From contig JAIOOW010000003.1 in assembly GCA_021414205.1 (NCBI GenBank), positions 364,365 to 428,364 on the forward strand: a stretch of DNA of 64,000 nt, read 5' to 3'. A model generated the notes under the pieces. The model was not told the DNA's origin. It made no database searches and saw only the letters and a list, made by a program, of their open reading frames with translations. Numbering within the stretch: the stretch's first letter is position 1; every line of letters starts with the position of its first letter. Below, piece by piece: positions 10,158 through 17,161 of the stretch. A program made the position numbers and the translations under genes. Source of the DNA: Candidatus Anderseniibacteriota bacterium (GTDB lineage: Bacteria > Patescibacteriota > Andersenbacteria > UBA10190).

Positions 10158-10877
10158 TTACTGTACAGTATTTCGTAATTCGGTAAGAGACGCAAGGAGG
10201 ATATCGGAAGCCAGTTTTATATTCCCTCCCGGAATGCTTGCTGTTTTGTAGTATTCTTTTAATCTTGTGGCCATTTTTGCTAATTGCATGTTTGAACCGT
10301 ATTGCATCGCATATGCATGCAGTATGCGTTCTATGTCTCGCAATTCTTCATCGGTATATGGCCCAGTTGGCCGTATGGCGGAATATGTTGTAAGCAGCTG
10401 GAGTATATCTATAGGTTCCGCCTTCACTTCCTCTTCATCGCTTAATGCGAGAACTATGCATCGCGATTTGATTGTCGTAAGTACACTCCGCTTTGCGGGA
10501 GAACCCAGTAAAAATCTGGTGGAGACTGCAGATTCTTCGAGCGTTTTCAGTAGCATGTTTGCAGACTCCGGAAGCAGTTGTTCTGCTTGCGGAATACACA
10601 CGATTCGTTTGCCTGAAGTTGGTCTTGAGGAAATAGTTGCTTTAAATGCTTTAATGTCTTTTACGGATATCGTTTTCTTTCCGTCTTCAGCGCGAATCAT
10701 GATCGCATCAGGATGATTGCCGACAGCAGATTGCTTGCCCGGCAATGCATGGGCAATTGCGAATGCGCACAGCTCCTCTAGCTGTTCTTGATTATGGGAA
10801 ATAGCCAGGATCGGCTGTTCTGCGTACGTTGAATCAATCCAAGAACGTATCTGCGTACGAACGCTATCTGGAATCAT
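10158..10877 (-). CDS. DNA polymerase III delta'-like protein (reduced)
   Basis: HPD, SANMLLKTLEE and VLTTIKSRC clamp-loader motifs; no Walker A. Confidence 0.75.
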   Translation of the reverse strand: MIPDSVRTQIRSWIDSTYAEQPILAISHNQEQLEELCAFAIAHALPGKQSAVGNHPDAIMIRAEDGKKTISVKDIKAFKATISSRPTSGKRIVCIPQAEQLLPESANMLLKTLEESAVSTRFLLGSPAKRSVLTTIKSRCIVLALSDEEEVKAEPIDILQLLTTYSAIRPTGPYTDEELRDIERILHAYAMQYGSNMQLAKMATRLKEYYKTASIPGGNIKLASDILLASLTELRNTVQ

Positions 10878-11746
10878 TTTCGCTTTGAAATGTAGTACAG
10901 GAGCGGCGGTGCTACGAAGATAGATGAATATGCTCCCGTGATAATGCCGATAATAAGCGCTACTACGAACCAGCGAATGGACGATCCTCCGAAAATTAAT
11001 ACAGCAGTCAACGAGAGTAGTGTTGTAAGCGATGTGTTAATGGATCGTCCCATTGTTAGAATGAGCGCGCGGTCTATTACTTCTAAGAAGCTCTTGCCTC
11101 GTGATGCCATCCATTCCGATCGCAATCTGTCGAATATGACAATCGTATCGTTTACGGAATATCCCAAGATGGCAAGCTGAGCGGTAATAAATAGCGTATC
11201 AATTTCTGCTCCCCACAATTTACCAAACACTACGAAGAATGCCGTTACCAAGAACAGGTCATGAACTAATGCGTAGATAGCTGCCACGCCGAATTTCCAT
11301 GGAGCAAGGAGTCCGCTCGCGTTTCTGAACGTGTATGCCAAGTAGATAATCATTACTACGAGCACGATGACGATAGCGTTTGTTGATTTGGATCGAAGTT
11401 CTTTTCCGATTGTCGGACCGATTTGCTCGAATGCAATTTCCTTACCCGTCATAATTTTTGCATCTTGCAACGTGGTAATAATTTTCGTATGAGTTGCATC
11501 ATCGATAGACGGAGTTTTAATTCGAATGGTTCCATCTTGCGTACCCTCCGCCTGCGCTTCGATATGGAATTGATTTGCTAGGAGCTGCTTCACCTCATCT
11601 GATTTTTCAGGATTAGCCTGGATTTCTATGGATGATCCGCCGGTAAAGTCAATGCCGAAGTTGGGCTTGATGGCGAAAATGAGAATCGTACTGACGATAA
11701 TTGTCGTTACTGATATAGTCATCCAGATTTTAGGATTCTTCATCAT
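10874..11746 (-). CDS. secF: Protein translocase subunit SecF
   Basis: GIDFTGG, IGPTIGKEL and GYSVNDTIVIFDR motifs. Confidence 0.96.
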   Translation of the reverse strand: MMKNPKIWMTISVTTIIVSTILIFAIKPNFGIDFTGGSSIEIQANPEKSDEVKQLLANQFHIEAQAEGTQDGTIRIKTPSIDDATHTKIITTLQDAKIMTGKEIAFEQIGPTIGKELRSKSTNAIVIVLVVMIIYLAYTFRNASGLLAPWKFGVAAIYALVHDLFLVTAFFVVFGKLWGAEIDTLFITAQLAILGYSVNDTIVIFDRLRSEWMASRGKSFLEVIDRALILTMGRSINTSLTTLLSLTAVLIFGGSSIRWFVVALIIGIITGAYSSIFVAPPLLYYISKRK

Positions 11747-11748
11747 AG

Positions 11749-13098
11749 CTAGTTGGAAGACTGTTTAATTGCTTTAGCGCCAAGCAAGAACGGCGTATGG
11801 GTTTTCGGATTCATAAACACAATATTAAGGATGCCGCGGCTTACCGTAATTGCGGTAAACATCGATAGGATAATTCCGAGCGAGAATGTGAGTGCGAACC
11901 CTCGTACAATAGATGTTCCGAATCCGTACAGTACGAATCCTGTAATCAAGCTTGAAATGTTTGATGCTGAAATGGAACTCCATGCGGCAGAAAATCCTTC
12001 TTTAAGCGCGAAGGAAACTGTTTTTCCGCTTCTTACGTTTTCTCTGAATCGCTCAAAGATCAGTACGTTGGCATCCACGGCCATTCCGATGGACATAATG
12101 AAGCCCGCAATACCTGCAAGGGTGAGTGTGACGGGGATTAATTTCATGATTGCGAAAAAGAGTGTGACATAAATGAGGAGCGCAATAGATGCGATAACGC
12201 CCGGTAATCGGTATCTGAATACGAGCCATGCAATAACGGCGATAATGCCAACTAGCCCCGCTCTCATGCTTTTTGTGATAGCAGTTTGCCCAAGGCTCGG
12301 GCTGATAACGCTTTGGCCGATCAATTCAATTGGTACTGGTAATGCCCCGGAGTTTAATCCTCGAACAATTTGCTTCGCTTCATCGAGCGTGTAGCTTCCG
12401 GTAATGACTGCTCGCCCATCAGGAATGGCGGACTGCACCGTTGGAGCTTGGATGATGGCGCCGTCTAAGTAAATGGCGATTTGTTTTCCGATATTGTCTT
12501 TCGTAATTTGGGCGAATAGCTTTGTACCATCTGCATCAAAATTGAGGGTAATTTGTGGTTGGCCTGTCGTTTGGTCGAATTCAACAGTAGCTTTTTTCAA
12601 GTTTTTTCCAGATAATCCTGTCGGAACAAATACGTCCGTGGTGAGTGCGCTGTTTCCAGCTTGCGCTTGGATTGCTTTTAACTCATCCGTCGTCGGCTCT
12701 CGTCGAAAATCCAAAGTCGGAGTTTGTCCGATCTGTGCCTTTGCCTGTTCTGGGTCTTGTACTCCTGCAAGCTCCACGATAACGCGGTACTGGCCTTGTA
12801 CGACGCTCGTTTGGATGAGCGGTTCAGATACGCCGAACGCGTTTACTCTGCGTTCAATAACGTCTCGGACGCCGGCAAGCGCTTCGGTAGGGTCCTCTCC
12901 GTTTGTTTTATCGATATCCGCCTTATATTCCAATCGAGTTCCTCCCTTTAAATCTAAGCCCAGCTTTACATTTAAATCGCGACTAAAGCTTCCAAGCGAA
13001 ATACTAGGATGTTTCGGGCTATCTACCCATCCTGCAAGGCCGACAACAATAGCCAATACAACCCCCCACATAATCGTTCTTCTGGTACTTCGTAACAT
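11749..13098 (-). CDS. secD: Protein translocase subunit SecD
   Basis: LGLDLKGG, RVNAFGVSEP and GMAVDANVLIFER motifs. Confidence 0.96.
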   Translation of the reverse strand: MLRSTRRTIMWGVVLAIVVGLAGWVDSPKHPSISLGSFSRDLNVKLGLDLKGGTRLEYKADIDKTNGEDPTEALAGVRDVIERRVNAFGVSEPLIQTSVVQGQYRVIVELAGVQDPEQAKAQIGQTPTLDFRREPTTDELKAIQAQAGNSALTTDVFVPTGLSGKNLKKATVEFDQTTGQPQITLNFDADGTKLFAQITKDNIGKQIAIYLDGAIIQAPTVQSAIPDGRAVITGSYTLDEAKQIVRGLNSGALPVPIELIGQSVISPSLGQTAITKSMRAGLVGIIAVIAWLVFRYRLPGVIASIALLIYVTLFFAIMKLIPVTLTLAGIAGFIMSIGMAVDANVLIFERFRENVRSGKTVSFALKEGFSAAWSSISASNISSLITGFVLYGFGTSIVRGFALTFSLGIILSMFTAITVSRGILNIVFMNPKTHTPFLLGAKAIKQSSN

Positions 13099-13120
13099 AC
13101 AACCCTATTTGTACCCTAGC

Positions 13121-14032
13121 TTAGAGTTCTCTTGCAAGTGCCTGCAGGGCGGTAAAATTGCCTAAAACATCCCCCTTGGGCTCGTTGACGACGAATACAT
13201 CACCTCGGTTTTTAAATAAGCGCAAAAATTCTACTACCTGCTGTTTATTTGGGAATGTATCTTGGGTAAAGTCTGCATCCGTAATGCCGTCGTGAGAGTC
13301 CGTTCCATTATACGGAGGCGTAATGACGTTCATATGAATGAGGCGTGTGCGTGGCGCCATGCGTGCCGAAAAATCCATAACGCGTTGCCATGCGATGTTT
13401 GCGTCTTTCTCCTCTACTAATATGCGCGTTGCCGTATGAGAAATATCGTTCGCAAACCATGCACCTTGCTTGGCAGCTAGCTCGAGATTCTCTAGCGATA
13501 TATTTCTTGAATCATATATATCGAATCGGTCGTGGTTGATTCTCGATTCTCGCGCCGTAATAGATTCTATAGTTAATAAAACATTCTTTGATTTCGCATA
13601 ATCTTCTAACTCTCGGGCAGCATCTAAAAATAGTTTTTGAGAAATTTCACGTGGCGTGTCTTTGCCGGGCATCATTTCCTGTTTCCAGTTTGCAAAGTCG
13701 ATCGTCTCAAGCGCTTCTGCGCCCGGGTGCGCGTTTACGTATGCACAGCCGATGCTGGCGCCAATATCAATCGTTTGTTTGATTTGGGAAATAGTTTCAT
13801 TACGAACATGCTCGTCTTGCGTGGCTAGGTTTGGTTTTATATTTTTATCTACTATTCCCCAGTGATGCAGTCCGATTGCAACATTATACTTCGTGAGCCA
13901 TTCGAGCATGTCGTTGTATTCAAATGCTTTTGTTACATCGAACCACACTTCTGCCATGCGAGCGCCGGCATCGGTAACTACCGCTTGCCCTTCTGCAAAA
14001 TTTTTCGGCCCCGTTTTAATTCCGAGAATCAT
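13121..14032 (-). CDS. Xylose isomerase/AP endonuclease-2-like TIM-barrel metalloenzyme
   Basis: NAHPG, TIES, NDISH, IHMN, DSHDG and NEP metal-ligand pattern. Confidence 0.75.
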   Translation of the reverse strand: MILGIKTGPKNFAEGQAVVTDAGARMAEVWFDVTKAFEYNDMLEWLTKYNVAIGLHHWGIVDKNIKPNLATQDEHVRNETISQIKQTIDIGASIGCAYVNAHPGAEALETIDFANWKQEMMPGKDTPREISQKLFLDAARELEDYAKSKNVLLTIESITARESRINHDRFDIYDSRNISLENLELAAKQGAWFANDISHTATRILVEEKDANIAWQRVMDFSARMAPRTRLIHMNVITPPYNGTDSHDGITDADFTQDTFPNKQQVVEFLRLFKNRGDVFVVNEPKGDVLGNFTALQALAREL

Positions 14033-14487
14033 AGTTCGCGCAGTTCATGCTCGATGATTATGTGCTGATCATTAAATACAAACCTGCCCTCAAATCGCTT
14101 TCCCCGCAAGAATAATGGGAACCAGTATTTGTCGTCTGCCCACATGCTATCGAATGGAATTTCATCTGCCGGAAACCATTGCGGTTTCATTTCGTCTGTT
14201 TCAATTAATTCCCCGCTAAAATCTATTGTCTTAAATATATGCACCTGCCAGACTTTTTCTTCTTCCGGCAATGTAAAATCCAATACGCCAACTTTTTCAA
14301 GATTGGAAACCACCAGCCCGCATTCTTCTAGCACTTCTCGCTTTGCGGCATCTTCAATATCCTCACCTTCTTCAACCTTTCCGCCGAATCCGTTCCACTT
14401 CCCTTCGCCCTTCCCGCGCTTAGCTTTCCCTAGCAATATCTTATCGCCTTGTTGGATGAGGCACAGGGTTAAAAGTTTTTTATTCAT
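14029..14487 (-). CDS. NUDIX hydrolase, MTH1/NUDT1-like 8-oxo-dGTP diphosphatase
   Basis: WNGFGGKVEEGEDIEDAAKREVLEECG Nudix box; EMKPQWF..IPFDSMWADD. Confidence 0.9.
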   Translation of the reverse strand: MNKKLLTLCLIQQGDKILLGKAKRGKGEGKWNGFGGKVEEGEDIEDAAKREVLEECGLVVSNLEKVGVLDFTLPEEEKVWQVHIFKTIDFSGELIETDEMKPQWFPADEIPFDSMWADDKYWFPLFLRGKRFEGRFVFNDQHIIIEHELREL

Positions 14488-14489
14488 CT

Positions 14490-14825
14490 TTAAAACATTT
14501 TACTTCCGTTCGGAACGGGCATGGTGGGGCGGAACAATACGATATCGCCATGTTCGTCTGCAGTGCCCAGTGTGAGCGTTTCTGATATAAACGGCCCAAT
14601 CTGCTTTGGCGCAAAATTTACTACCCCAATAACTTGCGATCCGATTAGTTCTTCTTTTGTATAATGTTTTGTGATTTGCGCTGATGATTTTTTTGTCCCA
14701 ATTTCTGATCCAAAATCAATCGTCAGTTTGTACGCAGGCTTTCTCGCTTCCGGAAAATCCTCAGCAGTAACAATGGTTCCTACGCGAACATCTACGTTTT
14801 CAAAATCTTGGTACGAGATCGTCAT
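14490..14825 (-). CDS. csaA: CsaA tRNA-binding/chaperone protein
   Basis: DFPEARKPAYKL.IDFG, KKSSAQIT and VNFAPKQIG motifs. Confidence 0.92.
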   Translation of the reverse strand: MTISYQDFENVDVRVGTIVTAEDFPEARKPAYKLTIDFGSEIGTKKSSAQITKHYTKEELIGSQVIGVVNFAPKQIGPFISETLTLGTADEHGDIVLFRPTMPVPNGSKMF

Positions 14826-14827
14826 GG

Positions 14828-15259
14828 CTATGCATCAAAATAATTTTTGCCAGTTTTGTACGCCTCAATATATTGGGGCTCTACTCCAAAAAGCGGGCTC
14901 GGTAAATTATCTATATCGTACCAGTCCCAATTTTCTCGCTTGTCTGGCTCCATCACTGTAGGCTCGCCACTTTTCCAGTCTGCAAGTATTCCAATGTCTA
15001 CATAATGCTTTGGAGCATATTTAGTTAGATTGGACAAGCATAAGAAGCGAATATTTTCGATCTCAATCCCCACTTCTTCCATTGTTTCCCGCTTTGCGCA
15101 TTCCTCGAACGATTCCATATATTCCAAGTGCCCGCCGGGACCACAATATTCACCAGCCCCATGCGCGCCCTTTCGCTTACCCATTAAAACCTTCCCATCT
15201 TTGATGATAAAAAGCCCGATTCCTACTCGTGGTCGTTGCTCTGGATTTTCTTGATTCAT
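14828..15259 (-). CDS. NUDIX hydrolase, NUDT15/MTH2-like
   Basis: RPRVGIG, KRKGAHGAG, PGGHLEYMESFEECAKRETMEEVG and EPDK..W.W motifs. Confidence 0.88.
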   Translation of the reverse strand: MNQENPEQRPRVGIGLFIIKDGKVLMGKRKGAHGAGEYCGPGGHLEYMESFEECAKRETMEEVGIEIENIRFLCLSNLTKYAPKHYVDIGILADWKSGEPTVMEPDKRENWDWYDIDNLPSPLFGVEPQYIEAYKTGKNYFDA

Positions 15260-15265
15260 AGAATA

Positions 15266-15571
15266 TTACGATTCTTCTAAAATAATTCTTTTATCAAATT
15301 TACCACGCTTTTGAGCTTTTTCTGATTTTGTTTTTTCGATATCCTCTCGCGTAAATTTCTTATACGCAATAATTGCATCAAGAACTTCGAGCACGTCCGC
15401 AAGCTCTTCAACGCTTTCCGCTTCAGAAAATTCTTTCACTTCTTCGGCGAGTTTTTCTTTTAACTTTCCCCAATACTCCTCATCCGTAGCAATGTGCGTC
15501 ACTGCCTTCTCGCCCTTACTTTCTATAATTTCAGGAATATTGTCGCGTACCAGCTTGTTGTATATGGTCAT
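15266..15571 (-). CDS. All-alpha NTP pyrophosphohydrolase (MazG/PRA-PH-like)
   Basis: [31 protein letters not shown] and K...RGKF motifs. Confidence 0.9.
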   Translation of the reverse strand: MTIYNKLVRDNIPEIIESKGEKAVTHIATDEEYWGKLKEKLAEEVKEFSEAESVEELADVLEVLDAIIAYKKFTREDIEKTKSEKAQKRGKFDKRIILEES

Positions 15572-16101
15572 AGTTCTGGAGGCACATTCATGACATGCTT
15601 TTTCATGTAAATATTCCGAAAATAGATTGCACCTACGCGGCGAAGCATTTCCATCGATATTCCATTATTGAATGCATATGTTTTTAATTGATCGTCCATT
15701 TCTGTTCCAAAATCATACACATTGAACATATCGAAAATAAATTCCTGAATTTCGTACGGATTTGTTTCCTCCCCTTCCGGACATCGTTCCATCAATTCCT
15801 CTGTATGGGTATCGATGTAATTTTTGAATCCGCTGTCGTTCAAATATTTCGTACCGTTTTCTGTGAGTTGGATTGGAGAACGGCTTGAATATGCGTTCGA
15901 TCGAACGTTATCAATATCCGATTTTAATTCGCTGATTCGATCTCCAAGTTCTTGTTTGGTATCGCTTGTTTTCTCGTTCAAGTTCTTAAGCGAAGTTTCA
16001 ATTCGAGCAAATCTGCTCCCTGCCTGCCATGCGATCACGAGCAGAGTCCCTAGTATCCCCAGCGCATATACCCAGTCGATTTGAATACTAATTTCGTTCA
16101 T
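15568..16101 (-). CDS. Hypothetical membrane-anchored protein with coiled coil
   Basis: N-terminal TM, coiled coil, SPIQLTENG; first gene of the operon. Confidence 0.8.
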   Translation of the reverse strand: MNEISIQIDWVYALGILGTLLVIAWQAGSRFARIETSLKNLNEKTSDTKQELGDRISELKSDIDNVRSNAYSSRSPIQLTENGTKYLNDSGFKNYIDTHTEELMERCPEGEETNPYEIQEFIFDMFNVYDFGTEMDDQLKTYAFNNGISMEMLRRVGAIYFRNIYMKKHVMNVPPEL

Positions 16102-16144
16102 GATTTAAGAGTACAGATAACAAACAAATGTCACAATCCGTCTC

Positions 16145-16178
16145 TTGACGCTTAGCACTCATGAGCGTAGAGTGCTAG
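16145..16178 (+). promoter_or_regulatory. CIRCE (HrcA operator) overlapping a sigma70 promoter
   Basis: TTAGCACTC-N9-GAGTGCTAG at 16152-16178 (17/18 match to consensus TTAGCACTC-N9-GAGTGCTAA), within TTGACG-17-TAGAGT. Confidence 0.85.
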
Positions 16179-16180
16179 AT

Positions 16181-16360
16181 AGAAGTTACCTTCAACTGTC
16201 CTTGCAGTATAACAGAGGGCCAGCCAGAAAAAATTATTTGTAACCGGCAAGGCATATGTTGCATCTCGCTTAATTAGCGCAAATGTAACGCGGAAACCCC
16301 CTTATGGGTGACTCGGTTCAAAAATAATTTGGACTAGTTGCCTATCCGGGGGTTTCTTCT
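16181..16360 (+). ncRNA. Putative ~180-nt structured RNA (6S-like candidate)
   Basis: No credible ORF; 5'/3' ends pair; stems 16194-16201/16331-16339 and 16231-16246/16314-16330; alternative hairpin 16293-16356 with many G-U pairs on the plus strand. Confidence 0.5.
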
Positions 16361-16362
16361 TG

Positions 16363-16450
16363 AAAAAAAGACAAGCTACTGCGCAGGAGTGGCGAATTTG
16401 AAGAGTCACCTTAAATATCTCCTGCACATGAGCTTGTCTTCTAGAAAGAA
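16363..16450 (-). ncRNA. Putative ~90-nt hairpin small RNA
   Basis: TTGACA-16-TATAGT promoter (16484-16457); long hairpin 16368-16440 with minus-strand G-U pairs, ending in U7. Confidence 0.5.
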
Positions 16451-16516
16451 CTTACCACTATAACGGCTTTTTTTGAGCTGTCAAGGTGGTGTGTATAACC
16501 ATTAATATTATATATC

Positions 16517-16726
16517 ATGACTAGGAAACCAAAAATTGAAAAAAATCAGGCGAAGAACGGCGAGTTCTATCTAACGATAAAATCTGCAAATAATAGAAAA
16601 GTGATGACGAGCGGAGAGACGTATAAAAATCGTCAATCGTTGGATACTGCCCTTAAAGCAGCGAAGAGAATTATTAAAGGAGCAGAAGTTGTAGATAATA
16701 CGAAAAAGAAGAAGGCTACTAAATAG
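16517..16726 (+). CDS. YegP/DUF1508 (UPF0339) family protein
   Basis: KNGEFYLTIKSANNRKVMTSGETY pattern. Confidence 0.8.
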   Translation: MTRKPKIEKNQAKNGEFYLTIKSANNRKVMTSGETYKNRQSLDTALKAAKRIIKGAEVVDNTKKKKATK

Positions 16727-16744
16727 TGGAGCTTTTCTTCGATT

Positions 16745-16774
16745 CCGCCTTATCTCGCAATTGAGATGAGGCGG
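16745..16774. terminator. Hairpin between convergent genes
   Basis: CCGCCTTATCTC-GCAATT-GAGATGAGGCGG. Confidence 0.65.
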
Positions 16775-16796
16775 TTACTATTTCTCATGACACTTC

Positions 16797-17159
16797 TTAA
16801 GCCTCTTTCCAGTCCAGTTGGCTTTTTGGAATTCCGATGCCAAGTCCAAACTCTTCTGCCTTTGATCGTTCTAATACATCGCCCTTTTTGTAGCGATATA
16901 TTTGATTTGGGAAAACGATTATTTTTTCAGTTTCAGAAGTAAGGTCTACATACCATTTCCCTACATGAAGTGCTTTACTTAATTCTTTTGAGAATATTTC
17001 CGCACCACTATCTTTTATTTCAAACCAAGCTACGTTCCAGACGGAAGGTTGGCCTTCCGTAGAATTTTCTATATCCCAAGTTTCTTCTTTTGTAATTTTA
17101 AGTTGTTCCCAGAAACTTTGATCAGACAAGCTTTCTTTTATAATGAGGCCACGAAACAT
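16797..17159 (-). CDS. Hypothetical protein
   Basis: FRGLIIKESL...WY.D....IIVFP...G...GIPKSQLDW; directly downstream of secA. Confidence 0.8.
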   Translation of the reverse strand: MFRGLIIKESLSDQSFWEQLKITKEETWDIENSTEGQPSVWNVAWFEIKDSGAEIFSKELSKALHVGKWYVDLTSETEKIIVFPNQIYRYKKGDVLERSKAEEFGLGIGIPKSQLDWKEA

Positions 17160-17161
17160 AT

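Noticed and set aside
12473-13165. 230-aa plus-strand ORF and similar antisense ORFs
   Set aside because: Shadow frames of conserved genes (here secD) with no motifs or expression signals
16181-16360. tmRNA (tag-like GCA...CTC GCT TAA at 16247-16273 and GGTTCAA)
   Set aside because: No GGGG 5' acceptor, no T-arm stem and no CCA end in either normal or permuted order; too short
16181-16450. Type I toxin-antitoxin locus
   Set aside because: Only tiny ATG ORFs (MLHLA, MGDSVQK), no hydrophobic toxin peptide, and the two predicted RNAs abut rather than overlap
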